From a virus, in IMG/VR virus record IMGVR_UViG_3300031951_000017, positions 64,001-128,000 of that record: 64,000 nt of DNA. One strand, 5' to 3'. How positions within the stretch are numbered: the first letter of the stretch is position 1; each line of letters starts with the position of its first letter. The translations under genes were made by a program, and so were the position numbers. Of this stretch, positions 1 to 10,588 are shown in pieces. A model generated the notes under the pieces. That model saw nothing but the letters and a program-made list of their open reading frames with translations, was not told the DNA's origin and did no database searches.

Positions 1-105
1 ACCAAATCTTAAATTTTTTGGATTTTTTGCATTTTCAATGGCTGACTCTATGGTTGGGATTAATTGTGGGTCTCTATAAGACGCAATTTGGATAAAAATT
101 TTCAT
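1..105 (-). CDS. GT60-like GlcNAc transferase (Gnt1 / Skp1-hydroxyproline GlcNAc-transferase family), N-terminus only; runs off the window edge
   Basis: Not in the ORF track. Manual translation from ATG at 105 gives MKIFIQIASYRDPQLIPTIESAIENAKNPKNLRFG. The IFxQIASYRDP...A.nP..L.fG start is characteristic of GT60. Confidence 0.7.
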   Translation of the reverse strand, partial: MKIFIQIASYRDPQLIPTIESAIENAKNPKNLRFG

Positions 106-149
106 AAAATTATTCTTTTATGAATAAAATTAAAAACTAATTGTTAAAA

Positions 150-650
150 TTAAAGACATTTTGGACATTCTTCTGAAATTGTTCCACTCACAATTTGATA
201 CTGATTTTCAGTCACTAAGAATGTGGAATAACCTGGTAAATTTTGATTTAAAACTGATTCTATATACATACAACAACCATCTATTGTAAGTATCATTGGT
301 GGGGTTATTTCTTGGTAAGTTATAAAATTAAAGTAATACCCTCCACTACTATTATTTAAGAAATTTTCACACAATTGTGGGTCACAGACCTCACAACTCT
401 TTGCTACGGTAAAATAGTTGAATGTTGGTGGCTCCGTTGTTGTTGTGGTTGTTTCAGGTATAATTAATTGACAATTTTGACCTTGGTTTATAAAGTACAA
501 ATCGTAGGTTCCTTCGTAATTTTCAACGTCAAATGTGTAAGGAATTATATGCGAACCTAAATCAATAGAACCACCACTTAAAGGATAAAATGTAATGTTT
601 GCAACATCTCCTGAAAAAATTTGACTCTTTAATGTTATAACTGTTCCCAT
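150..650 (-). CDS. Small virion-associated protein: shared N-terminal beta domain, poly-Thr linker, Cys-rich domain
   Basis: N-terminal ~65 aa are paralogous to 1986..2855 (FSGDVANITFYPL.GGSID.GS.IIPY); TTTTTT linker. Confidence 0.6.
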   Translation of the reverse strand: MGTVITLKSQIFSGDVANITFYPLSGGSIDLGSHIIPYTFDVENYEGTYDLYFINQGQNCQLIIPETTTTTTEPPTFNYFTVAKSCEVCDPQLCENFLNNSSGGYYFNFITYQEITPPMILTIDGCCMYIESVLNQNLPGYSTFLVTENQYQIVSGTISEECPKCL

Positions 651-663
651 TTTACTTTATAAA

Positions 664-1983
664 TTATTTACTAATTATTACACCTGTTGCAATATAATTA
701 GACCCATCTCTTATTGTTATATTCCCACTATCCAAAACTTGAGGGGACCTACTAGCGGTTTCATCGTATATCAATATTCCATCCTCGTCTAATTGTGACG
801 TGACACTTTCACCTGTGACCATATTTACTATAATTCTAACCACATCTTTATCCGTAACCATAAATGAACCACTACGACTAACATTCGTATTAACAACTTC
901 TAACCCATTTTTTAATATTCTATAAGTATTTAACTCGGAACCTCCAGCGTCGTCAAATGACCAATTAAAATTATCTGTGGGTGGTAATGTTTCCATTGTT
1001 GCCGTAGGTGTAGGAGTTAATTCAGGTAATGTTGATGATGGTGTCAAAGTTGGAGTTTCTGTTAAGGTAGGCGTATTGGTAGGTGTTAAAGTTGGTGTAC
1101 TAGTTGGAGTTTCAGTTAAAGTAGGTGTGTTTGTTGGCGTCTCCGTTAATGTTGGTGTGTTAGTAGGTGTACTAGTTGGGGTTTCAGTTAAAGTAGGGGT
1201 ATTTGTTGGAGTATTAGTAGGTGTACTAGTTGGGGTTAGTGTGGGGGTCTCAGTTAATGTCTGAGTCAAAGTAGGTGTATTGGTTGGAGTTGAGGAATTT
1301 GTTAAAGTTAGTGTAGGTGTCGGTGGTGGGGTAAAGATGGTGTCGGCAGTAAAATTAAAACCTATCTCAATATTCTGAGGTGAGAATTGTAAATTTGTAA
1401 ATTCTGAAGTATCATTTAAATTATAATAATCGTAATCGACTACAATAAGTGTACTTCCTGATAAATCGCCAGCTTGTATTGTAACTCCCGAACTAATAAT
1501 TAGACTATCACCAGATAATGTGCCTAACACATGTTGGAATGATACTGATAAATCAAAATCTAGTGGTTCAGTTGTTACTAGGGTATATTCGGCATTTACA
1601 GACCCAGGGCTAATAGTTGAGGTAAAGATTACTTCAGTATTCTGAGGTACAAAATTTAAGTCATAACTTATATCGCAAATATTAAGTATTGTTGTGGTAG
1701 TTGTAGTAATTGGTTCAAAAGTAGTTGTGGTTGTTACAGGAATAAAAGTGGTTGTTGTAGTTGTTGATGGTAAGACATTAATAATACAGGTTTTATAAAA
1801 TCTAATATAGTAAAAAGTATATTTACCATAAACCGATAAATTAGGTTCAATATCGTCACCATAAAAGGTAAAGGGGACTACTTGTTCACCCAAATCATAA
1901 ACAGACCCGTTTAAAGACTCAAACGTAACTTGTGCAGTTTGTCCACTATAGTTTGTATCGAAAAATTCAACGTATTGTGACAT
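664..1983 (-). CDS. Mucin-like Thr/Pro-rich putative virion protein
   Basis: Diverged copy of the shared N-domain, poly-T runs, a long TPT repeat, and an internal domain shared with 6658..10530. Confidence 0.65.
   Translation of the reverse strand: MSQYVEFFDTNYSGQTAQVTFESLNGSVYDLGEQVVPFTFYGDDIEPNLSVYGKYTFYYIRFYKTCIINVLPSTTTTTTFIPVTTTTTFEPITTTTTTILNICDISYDLNFVPQNTEVIFTSTISPGSVNAEYTLVTTEPLDFDLSVSFQHVLGTLSGDSLIISSGVTIQAGDLSGSTLIVVDYDYYNLNDTSEFTNLQFSPQNIEIGFNFTADTIFTPPPTPTLTLTNSSTPTNTPTLTQTLTETPTLTPTSTPTNTPTNTPTLTETPTSTPTNTPTLTETPTNTPTLTETPTSTPTLTPTNTPTLTETPTLTPSSTLPELTPTPTATMETLPPTDNFNWSFDDAGGSELNTYRILKNGLEVVNTNVSRSGSFMVTDKDVVRIIVNMVTGESVTSQLDEDGILIYDETASRSPQVLDSGNITIRDGSNYIATGVIISK
990..1330 (-). 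repeat. Coding TPT(L/N/S)T tandem repeat (mucin-like stalk)
   Basis: Repeated TPTLTETPTNTPT units in the translation. Confidence 0.85.
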
Positions 1984-1985
1984 AG

Positions 1986-2855
1986 TTAAAAATTATTTTC
2001 TGTGGCCAAACAAATTTCACCATTCATTTTTATTAATCTCTCCATATCTGTAAATGAGATATAGGCATTACCTTGTAATCCCCATCCCCTTCCCCAACTA
2101 TTCTTTATTCTAAATAGTCTTTTTCTAGTATCAATTCCATTAATAACATAGGCGTGTCCACCAACAATAGGTCCTCCAATACGAATATTACCATTTCTAT
2201 CAGGATAAAACATATTTCTATACCAATATGTCCCAGCAACTACGGGCCCAACATTTAATACGGTGTTAATTAGTGTGTTAATGTCAAATGCCCAATAGTA
2301 GTTTTTAATTCGGTTTGTTTGTTGTAAATACTTGGCACCAGCCCTAACAGATGTACCATCATAATTTTCTCCAGGCCACTCGTCAATCTTTTGAGACTCC
2401 TTATAAATTAATGTTGGGTGTACAATAGGTGGAGTACCTCCGTGTTTTACGGGACCATCCTCAATCCAATGTGCCCAAGAATATCCAACACATTGTGGTG
2501 TAATTCCTTGGTTTCCCCACCATTCATTTTGTTCCCAGTACCTAGATATGATTGGACTCTTATTAATTGTTATTTTATCTTTAATTAAGTAATTCTTATC
2601 TCTATTATCAATTGATATTCCCCTACCTAAACCAAACACTAACTCTGTAAGTCCTGATGGTGAAACAAAAACCTCACAACTTTGACTTTGAGCTGTAAAA
2701 TTAAGGTTATATGTTCCTTCGTAGTAATCCGTAACATAAACATAGGGGATTATTTGTGAACCAATATCAATACTACCACCCGTTAATGGGTAGAATGTGA
2801 TATTAGCAACATCACCTGAAAAATTATCACTTTTTAAAATTACTACTGACGGCAT
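1986..2855 (-). CDS. Papain-like (C1) cysteine peptidase fused to the shared N-terminal domain
   Basis: NQG..PQCVGYSW (oxyanion Gln and catalytic Cys), GGHAY (His), IKNSWG..WG (Asn). Confidence 0.85.
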   Translation of the reverse strand: MPSVVILKSDNFSGDVANITFYPLTGGSIDIGSQIIPYVYVTDYYEGTYNLNFTAQSQSCEVFVSPSGLTELVFGLGRGISIDNRDKNYLIKDKITINKSPIISRYWEQNEWWGNQGITPQCVGYSWAHWIEDGPVKHGGTPPIVHPTLIYKESQKIDEWPGENYDGTSVRAGAKYLQQTNRIKNYYWAFDINTLINTVLNVGPVVAGTYWYRNMFYPDRNGNIRIGGPIVGGHAYVINGIDTRKRLFRIKNSWGRGWGLQGNAYISFTDMERLIKMNGEICLATENNF

Positions 2856-2882
2856 TTAAAAATAAATATCCAAATAAATGAT

Positions 2883-3512
2883 TTATACCCTTTGGAAATA
2901 CTTATATATTCTTTGACTTAATCTAATTCTTGGGTCATTTTCATTTCTACCTAGGGTTTTGTAGGGGAGGATAAACCCAAAACTTAAAAACACTCTTCGT
3001 GATTTAAATTCATTAGTCCAATGTTTGTAAAGAGATGCTTCAAAACAATATAAATCGGTTTCAGATATATTAAGTACGTCTTCTCCGATGAAAATTTGAT
3101 AGTCTTCGGATAAGACACTAATATTACATTTATAATTAATATATCCGTCTATTGATGCATCATAATGGGGGGTTATCTTACCACCTGAGTCCATATCAAC
3201 AACTTGTAAAAATATATTGTCTGCTGGGATTTCTAAAGTTTCAGATAATCTGCCAATAATGGACTCAATAAAATCAGGAACTTTAATTTTTAAAACCTGA
3301 CTGACAGACTGAAAGTTTGTGATATAGTTTGTGTAACTATTATTTGAAATATCTATAATAGTAGATTTACCATTTAAATCTTTTGTGATTTCAGATAAGT
3401 GGTGATTTGGATTACCTTTATCCGATTCTAATGAATTTACCCATTCTAAAATTTTTATAACTTCTTCTTTAGTTATAAAATTTCGTATCACCTTATGATT
3501 TTCAATCCCCAT
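2883..3512 (-). CDS. 2OG-Fe(II) oxygenase superfamily protein
   Basis: HxD (PHYD), distal His (YKHW), RVFLSFG. Confidence 0.75.
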   Translation of the reverse strand: MGIENHKVIRNFITKEEVIKILEWVNSLESDKGNPNHHLSEITKDLNGKSTIIDISNNSYTNYITNFQSVSQVLKIKVPDFIESIIGRLSETLEIPADNIFLQVVDMDSGGKITPHYDASIDGYINYKCNISVLSEDYQIFIGEDVLNISETDLYCFEASLYKHWTNEFKSRRVFLSFGFILPYKTLGRNENDPRIRLSQRIYKYFQRV

Positions 3513-3736
3513 TTGTTAAGAAATTCTTTTGGTCCAATTTCTAACTCCATTATAGATAAATTTTTTTTATTGTAAATCTTCATCATTTGTTCTTCAGACC
3601 CAGCCATTGTACAATACCAATGAGTCGCGGGTTCTTCTCCTGTTGGTGAACAAGGTATTTTCATTACATTTTTATTTATCCAAGCTTCTCTAACTTGTTC
3701 TACCTTATCGTTGTCTGTTAAAATGTTAATTCTCAT
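3488..3736 (-). CDS. Hypothetical protein
   Basis: 82-aa ORF in a co-directional run. Confidence 0.6.
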   Translation of the reverse strand: MRINILTDNDKVEQVREAWINKNVMKIPCSPTGEEPATHWYCTMAGSEEQMMKIYNKKNLSIMELEIGPKEFLNKWGLKIIR

Positions 3737-3765
3737 AATATTATTTAATTGTTTTAAATTAATTA

Positions 3766-4416
3766 TTAGTCCTTTATGATTATTTCAATTGGTGTGTAAA
3801 ATAATGAATCTAAAGCATTAGTTAAATCAGTCACTCCTTTATTACTTAACACAATAAAACTATCAGGATTATTAATATTCCCTAATGAAACAAAAGAAAT
3901 TATAAATTCGTCAATAGATTCTATATATTTTGATTGTGTGTTTACAATTGTATTATTTCTTGGGAATGTGTCTACAGATATTGGGTTAGTCCCCCCAGTA
4001 TAGTAGCTTCCAGGAGAAACCTTCCCCCAATTAATTTCAAATCCCAAACTATTTTCTAACACTGAAACACAAAGATTACCTGACGAAGTAATTTCTGAGT
4101 AATCTCCCCAATAACTTGGGGTCTCCCCCGTGGCAATAAATACACATCCAGTTTGATTTATTACACCACTTTGAACATAGGCAATATTACTAAAATCGTC
4201 ATTTGAAACATAGTCTGTAATTGTATAAGTTTCACCTATGATAAATTTTCCATATAACTGACTTGTGTCATTTGCAACTAAAATAGGTGTTTGAGTTAGT
4301 AATGCTCTATAAGTTCTATTATTTGTAATCCCTGTTACAGTTATATTACCATTAATTGTAAGGTCACCAACTATAGTCTGACCTGATAAATTATCTATTA
4401 TGTATTTTGTTGCCAT
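3766..4416 (-). CDS. Putative virion/fibre protein
   Basis: GDLTINGNITVTG beta-repeat, Gly/Thr-rich, coupled to the upstream fibre gene. Confidence 0.55.
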   Translation of the reverse strand: MATKYIIDNLSGQTIVGDLTINGNITVTGITNNRTYRALLTQTPILVANDTSQLYGKFIIGETYTITDYVSNDDFSNIAYVQSGVINQTGCVFIATGETPSYWGDYSEITSSGNLCVSVLENSLGFEINWGKVSPGSYYTGGTNPISVDTFPRNNTIVNTQSKYIESIDEFIISFVSLGNINNPDSFIVLSNKGVTDLTNALDSLFYTPIEIIIKD

Positions 4417-4418
4417 TT

Positions 4419-6620
4419 TTATTCTGTTATGTTTGTTATATTTAGGACATCATTTGAGTCGTAGTATGATAATCTTTGTCCGCCACCTGCCCTTGTAAAG
4501 ATTTCGCAATTATAAAATCCGTAGACGTGAGTTGATTCTGAAAAATCAATAGATATTACACTATTACATATTCTATTCATTTGGAAATAATCTACAACAA
4601 TGTTATTAGTAAAATTATCTCCAATAGTATTATCATAAAAATATTCTCCGATGTTATTATCATAGAAATTATTACCAATCACATTTCCTCTATATGAACC
4701 TCCGCCAAAACCAAAACCATCTAGAACTTCGTTACTATAAAAATTAGTACCTATTGTGTTATATGAAAATGAACCATAACAATTATTAAATTCAAAATAA
4801 TCTCCGATATTGTTACTGATTGTTTGTCCACTCATATTATTCACGAAGAAACTATAACCAACATTATTATAACCAAATTCGGCAAATGTTTGGTTTGCTT
4901 TAAAATTTGTTTTAATATGATTACTCCAAAAATCCCCCTGAATGTTATTACCCTTGAATTCATTCATAATTTGATTGTTTTCAAAGGTAAGATTTAAATT
5001 GTCTGAATCTCCGATTGTGTTACCTTCAAACCCATTTAATATTGAGTTTTTATATATGTTTGAATATATATTATTATTATAAAAATCATTTAAAATATTG
5101 TTACTTTGGAAGTTATATCTAATTGTATTAGTTGCACAATCACTTCCAATACTATTCCCTACAAAATTGTATGACCCTATATTTGTACTAATACCAATCG
5201 TATTACCCCCAAAAACTTGACCGATATTATTTTCATAAAATTGGTTATATACAGTATTATTATTATAACCATTACCAATCAAATTACGATAATAGTTTGA
5301 ATAGCTTTTATTGTTGTTATAACCATTGCCGATGTCGTTATTATAAAAGTCATTATAGATTTTATTATTTGCAAATTGGTTACCTATTTCATTATTTTGA
5401 AAATCTCCATTAGTCCAAGTGTTATCTTCAAAGTTATTCCCAATATTGTTTCTATAAAAAGAACCACCAATTAAGACATTATAGTTAAAATCACTACCAA
5501 TTCTGTTATTATTAAAATTCGCAGTTATATAATTATTATTGAAGTTTTCCCCGATGATGTTTCCATCAAAATCATCATTTGTTGAGTTGTTATAAAAACT
5601 ATCACCTATTTGATTATTGTCACAATCGTCATTAAATGTGTTATTATATGACCTATTTCCTATTGTGTTGTTTGTGAATGAACCACTAATAAAAACGTTG
5701 TTTGCTAAAAGAAAATCTCCTGAGCCAAGCTCAATATATATATTTGAGTGGTTACCAATATAATTGTTAACTGCGGTTGTCTCATTAAATGTAGTATATT
5801 CGAAAACCTCATTCACCCTTATATTAGGTTGATAGTAACTCATAACACCATCATCATAGGCCGTGTAATATGATGAATTACTAGTCTCATTTATTGTAAC
5901 ACCTGAAATAGTTGCCAAAGAATTACTATTAACTAATATGACTTCAAAAATTCGAGGGTTTAGATTACCTATCGCAACAAACGAACCTGTTGAAAAATTT
6001 GAACTAAATGTTGTTCCTGTATTACCGTATAATACTCCTGTGTTCCCTGTTATACCACTTATTCCAACGAGTCCACTAAGTGGTTCAGATTCATAATACG
6101 AATATCCAATATACCTTTTAAATAATATATTTCTGTGGTCATAATCAGTTCTATTACTAAAATTATCAATTCTTTCAGTGATTCTACCTTTCGCGGGACT
6201 ATTGCTAATTTCAGTTATGTTCCAAGAAATGTCGTATGTTATTTTATCTTTAGGGTGTAGTGTTGAGTGTACTGTCGGTGAGAATCCTGTTATTGAAGTT
6301 GCTAATAATAAAATTGGTTCGGTGTCACCTGTCATATAGTTATCCGAAAATATAGGACTACGAAGATTATCGTAGTTTGGTTGGTCATAACAAGTTTGGA
6401 AATCTGTCATTAAGTAAAATTGACCAGGTGTTAACGTCCCTCCGGTGTATAAAGAATACAACTCATTATAAGTGATTTCAGTGTAAGTTGTTATACCAGA
6501 AAATAAACTTTCTTTTGTTATTTTATATGTTTCAGTTTGAGCTGAATTATTTAATATAAGCCAAGTATTATCTGTTGACCCTGTAAATTCTGGTAATTGC
6601 GAAATTTTTATATTAGCCAT
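4419..6620 (-). CDS. Putative tail fibre/spike with a long Asn-rich beta-helix repeat
   Basis: MANIKISQLP N-terminus and many IG(N/D)xFxNN repeats; TATTTAT motif upstream. Confidence 0.65.
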   Translation of the reverse strand: MANIKISQLPEFTGSTDNTWLILNNSAQTETYKITKESLFSGITTYTEITYNELYSLYTGGTLTPGQFYLMTDFQTCYDQPNYDNLRSPIFSDNYMTGDTEPILLLATSITGFSPTVHSTLHPKDKITYDISWNITEISNSPAKGRITERIDNFSNRTDYDHRNILFKRYIGYSYYESEPLSGLVGISGITGNTGVLYGNTGTTFSSNFSTGSFVAIGNLNPRIFEVILVNSNSLATISGVTINETSNSSYYTAYDDGVMSYYQPNIRVNEVFEYTTFNETTAVNNYIGNHSNIYIELGSGDFLLANNVFISGSFTNNTIGNRSYNNTFNDDCDNNQIGDSFYNNSTNDDFDGNIIGENFNNNYITANFNNNRIGSDFNYNVLIGGSFYRNNIGNNFEDNTWTNGDFQNNEIGNQFANNKIYNDFYNNDIGNGYNNNKSYSNYYRNLIGNGYNNNTVYNQFYENNIGQVFGGNTIGISTNIGSYNFVGNSIGSDCATNTIRYNFQSNNILNDFYNNNIYSNIYKNSILNGFEGNTIGDSDNLNLTFENNQIMNEFKGNNIQGDFWSNHIKTNFKANQTFAEFGYNNVGYSFFVNNMSGQTISNNIGDYFEFNNCYGSFSYNTIGTNFYSNEVLDGFGFGGGSYRGNVIGNNFYDNNIGEYFYDNTIGDNFTNNIVVDYFQMNRICNSVISIDFSESTHVYGFYNCEIFTRAGGGQRLSYYDSNDVLNITNITE

Positions 6621-6657
6621 TTTTAATTTTATCTATAAATACTTTTATTTTTTTCAT

Positions 6658-9600
6658 TTAACAAGGTCCTGTGAATGTTAATGGGAATTGACAATCAAAC
6701 GCAACCCCACCACCTGCACCTGTAAATACATAAGTATATGTGCCATCCGATGAAACAATTCCTACAAAACTAGTTGACCCATTATTATCTGTTATAGTAT
6801 CATTTACTTGTATTTGTAAAGTTTCTGAAGTTTGTGTTAGTACAAGTTGATTTGTATTAATAGTTGTACCGCCATTCCATAAGGTTGGAATCACAATATT
6901 ACGTTGACAATTTGGTGTTAAAGTTAGTGTTGGTGTTGGGGATGGTGTTGGAGTTGGTGAACTTGGTGGTGCTGATGGCCAAGATTTAACGTTTGTCAGT
7001 AAAACCTGTATTTTTGCGGTCTGTGATGATGATACCGTTTCAAACCAAGAAGCCCCATTGTTTGTTGTTGCCCACCCAAAGGTGTCAGGAACCGCATTCG
7101 GGTAAGCTGGTGACAAGAAGTTTAAAACTGGGTATAAGTTAGTAGATGCTGGCGCCGCTTCAACACCGCTAGGTCTTTTTCTAACGTAGAACATAGTCAT
7201 ACCACCAATTACATTTGGTGAATTTCCCATATAAGTCGGAGTACCAGTGTGATATGTCGTCGTATATCCAAGTTGGACTTGACCATTTTGATTCCAAGAC
7301 TCTGCAACAAATCCTACAACGTAATAACCTGTAGGTATCGTGAGAGGGGTACTAGCGTCGATTGTTCCAAAAGTCGTAGTATCATATCCAGTTGCAACTG
7401 CTCTTGTGTTTACTTGTTCGTCAGTATTACCAATTTTAACCACACCATCAACATTACCAAAAATATCATTATATTCTTGTTGCGTAATAATTACCCAATC
7501 ATTATCTGTTGCATTTTGATAACTTACTAAACTTGTTGTTAATTGGTCTTCTAACGCATCATAATTTGGGTCGACTACATACGATGGGGCTAAATTAGCT
7601 CCAGAATCTAAAAATACTGATACTGTTGTTGATTGTTCATTTGATAAAAAAGATGCACCATACACATTCCACCCTGTAAACATATAACCTGGTGATGGTA
7701 CTGCCTGTATATTATATGAGACATTCTTTTCAACACTAACTTCAGTTTGTTCAGTATAAGTTACACCATCAAATATTATTGATAAACCACCACTTAATGG
7801 TTGGATGTACAACGTTAGGGGTACTAATGGTACTACTGAAGTTGTTGGTGTCATAGTCTGTGTTGGTGTTGGTGTGGATGTAGGTGTTGAGGACTGGGTG
7901 AGTGTCGGTGTTAATGTTGGAGTAGATGTGGGTGTAGGTGTTGGTGTTGGTGTGGATGTGAGTGTAGGTGTTGGTGTTTGACTAGATGTAAGTGTGGGTG
8001 TAGGTGTTGGTAAACAAAGGTCTAATTCTGTGATTATATAACTACCATTTTCTGCAATAATAAAATCATCGTTTTCAGTTAGAAGATATTGATTACAAGG
8101 GTTAAGATTAAAGATTGTTTCCGAAGATAGTGAGATTACTAAATCAACCCAATATGGTGACCATTTAACATCAACAAATTCTGACGTATCATTCAATATA
8201 TTATAATCCTCTTGACGTATTACAATAGTTTCACCACTTAATAAACCTTTTGGTACCACAACACCTGATTCAATATTTATACTATCTCCACTAATAGTCC
8301 CTAAAATATGTGTGAATGTAACCGACAAATCAAAATCTAAAGTGTTACTTAATTGTAGAGAATACACTGCTTCAATTGAACCTGGATATAGATTAGCAAT
8401 TAATATTACCTCAGCATCTAATGGTATATTATAAAGTTCATAGTTTACATCGCAAGGTATAATTGTAGTTGTTGTTGTAGTTACAGGTATCGTAGTTGTT
8501 GTTGTAGTTACAGGTATCGTGGTGGTTGTGGTTGTAATTTCATAAACTATTGCTGACAAATCACACTCAGGGACAATAACCTCACAATCGGGACAATCCC
8601 AATCAAACAAATTATACCTACCCTTATTTAATTTAAAATTATGTTTAACTTCGTCAGACGTTAAAGGTTTTACATAGTAATTAAATTGTGATATACCCCC
8701 ATCAAACGTACCTGCAAAGTATTTTTCTAATACTATATTTGTCGATAGTCCTGATAATGTAGTTCCACTTAAAACTGAATCAGGGAATAATTCAGGGTCT
8801 TGTTGGTATTGATAACCTAAATACGATGATGTTGTTGTCGTTGTTGAGTAATCTATTGTTGTAGTCGTGGTAACATCACCTGAAATTGGACATTCAATAA
8901 ATGTTAAATTTTCTCTCAGTCCTTGTGTACCACCACCCCAAGATATGTTAAACGGAACCCCTATTTGTTTTTCCCTCTCAACGTTCAAAGCTCTAGGTAT
9001 GACCTCTTCAAAATTTTCAAATGTGTGAAATTTACGTCCATTTACGTAGATTTTTAATCTACCTAATCTATAATCTTTTTCTTTTAACCACTTATCATTT
9101 AATTCAACAACCTCTCTACCATACGGAGTTTCAATTGTTGTTACATTATATGTTGTAGTTGTTGATGTGTATGTTGTGGTATAATAGTGAGTATATGGTG
9201 GTTGAATTAATGTGACAGATTGATTGTAAGTGGATGCGGTATAAACAAAATTAGTAATGTCCCCTAATCCGCCATACCAATACAAATGACATTCGTCCAT
9301 TGCACGATATCTCTCAAATACAACATCGACTTGTACCCAATGTTCAAATTTAATATAGTCAGTATTTTCACAAAAATAATGTATTCCTTTTGGTGTACAA
9401 TACTCTTGGACCGTACAACCTGATGTATAAGTTTTTGTTCCTGTACATGCATCTACGGCACATTCATCGGTTAACCTTAAAACCCTAACACATATTTTTG
9501 GATTACCCGGGTCACCACTAAATTTAACCACAAAATTGTTTGAACATGAGTCTCCACTTGGGTTAAGTTCAGGTGCAGTTATTTCTACCGAACTACATGG

Positions 9601-10530
9601 TGTAGTTTCAGTCACATATCTTAATGGTGGGTATACTGGACCACAATGTGAAAAAGTATTACCTGTATCTGAACATCCACAAGTACTTAAACAATCTAAT
9701 TTTTCAGTAACACGAGTATAAGCTGAAAATCCTGATGGTGAACCTGAAGCATAATGATAAAATTTATTCTCAGCCCTTGCTCCCATATAGAAGAACATAC
9801 CTGAATTTTCAGGGTAAACGTCATTTAAAGTTGTATCGCCAGTAGGTACAAAATAATCATCCCATATTCTAGGTCTTAATAATAATTCAGCACTCCATCC
9901 GTGATTTGGTCTTTCAGGTAACGTTTCATAATCGTACCCATATAACTTATAGAACCCTTGATAAAATCCTCCGTATAATTCATGGTAAACCCCTACATCA
10001 GTTTGTTTGGAAACAATCGAATAGTTGTCATTTTTTTCAATACCTGAAAATCTAATATTTGGTGGTTGGGTATATCCTGTTACTTGGAAAAATTTAGTTC
10101 TTCTGTCAAAAGATAACCTATCGAATTTTGTAAAATCGTTAATCCCTTGGGTTATGAATGCTGTCTCACCAGTCATTTCTTTTACAAGACCATTATCAAT
10201 ACCTGTAAGACCTATGTCACATAAACTTGTAAACCCTGAATAACAAGACAAATCTAGATTATCTGGATTATAGTAGTTTGACGAAACTAAAATATTAAAC
10301 GGATTATATGTGTTATATTCTAAAACGTATAATTCCGAATTGTCGGGATTATTTAAATCAATCTTAATTGGTAAGACGTTCCCGTCCTCATTACCTATAA
10401 TATAAGGTGAGAAAATAACTTCTTCTTTATAGTCCCTTTCATCTGACGTTAAACAGAAATCCATTATTTCAGATTTGTTTAACAAATACCATTTTGGGAA
10501 ATTATATTGGTTGATATTTTGGTACGCCAT
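6658..10530 (-). CDS. Large modular virion protein (LamG-like region, poly-Thr/TP linkers, B-repeat-like domain)
   Basis: FDGGISQFNYY..PL..EV..NF, AVPSPGYMFTGW, LLTENDDFIIAENG, several TPT tracts. Confidence 0.65.
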   Translation of the reverse strand: MAYQNINQYNFPKWYLLNKSEIMDFCLTSDERDYKEEVIFSPYIIGNEDGNVLPIKIDLNNPDNSELYVLEYNTYNPFNILVSSNYYNPDNLDLSCYSGFTSLCDIGLTGIDNGLVKEMTGETAFITQGINDFTKFDRLSFDRRTKFFQVTGYTQPPNIRFSGIEKNDNYSIVSKQTDVGVYHELYGGFYQGFYKLYGYDYETLPERPNHGWSAELLLRPRIWDDYFVPTGDTTLNDVYPENSGMFFYMGARAENKFYHYASGSPSGFSAYTRVTEKLDCLSTCGCSDTGNTFSHCGPVYPPLRYVTETTPCSSVEITAPELNPSGDSCSNNFVVKFSGDPGNPKICVRVLRLTDECAVDACTGTKTYTSGCTVQEYCTPKGIHYFCENTDYIKFEHWVQVDVVFERYRAMDECHLYWYGGLGDITNFVYTASTYNQSVTLIQPPYTHYYTTTYTSTTTTYNVTTIETPYGREVVELNDKWLKEKDYRLGRLKIYVNGRKFHTFENFEEVIPRALNVEREKQIGVPFNISWGGGTQGLRENLTFIECPISGDVTTTTTIDYSTTTTTSSYLGYQYQQDPELFPDSVLSGTTLSGLSTNIVLEKYFAGTFDGGISQFNYYVKPLTSDEVKHNFKLNKGRYNLFDWDCPDCEVIVPECDLSAIVYEITTTTTTIPVTTTTTTIPVTTTTTTIIPCDVNYELYNIPLDAEVILIANLYPGSIEAVYSLQLSNTLDFDLSVTFTHILGTISGDSINIESGVVVPKGLLSGETIVIRQEDYNILNDTSEFVDVKWSPYWVDLVISLSSETIFNLNPCNQYLLTENDDFIIAENGSYIITELDLCLPTPTPTLTSSQTPTPTLTSTPTPTPTPTSTPTLTPTLTQSSTPTSTPTPTQTMTPTTSVVPLVPLTLYIQPLSGGLSIIFDGVTYTEQTEVSVEKNVSYNIQAVPSPGYMFTGWNVYGASFLSNEQSTTVSVFLDSGANLAPSYVVDPNYDALEDQLTTSLVSYQNATDNDWVIITQQEYNDIFGNVDGVVKIGNTDEQVNTRAVATGYDTTTFGTIDASTPLTIPTGYYVVGFVAESWNQNGQVQLGYTTTYHTGTPTYMGNSPNVIGGMTMFYVRKRPSGVEAAPASTNLYPVLNFLSPAYPNAVPDTFGWATTNNGASWFETVSSSQTAKIQVLLTNVKSWPSAPPSSPTPTPSPTPTLTLTPNCQRNIVIPTLWNGGTTINTNQLVLTQTSETLQIQVNDTITDNNGSTSFVGIVSSDGTYTYVFTGAGGGVAFDCQFPLTFTGPC

Positions 10531-10540
10531 AATTCTTATG

Positions 10541-10567
10541 ATAAATACTTTGGATTGAAGTATTTAT
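10541..10567. promoter_or_regulatory. Back-to-back divergent TATTTAT late-promoter motifs
   Basis: ATAAATACTT-N7-AAGTATTTAT inverted repeat between divergent genes starting at 10530 and 10589. Confidence 0.6.
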
Positions 10568-10588
10568 TAGTAAAAACAAACTATCAAA

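Noticed and set aside
4419-10530. Diversity-generating retroelement acting on the fibre genes
   Set aside because: No reverse transcriptase and no adenine-specific TR/VR pair seen; the duplications diverge at all bases
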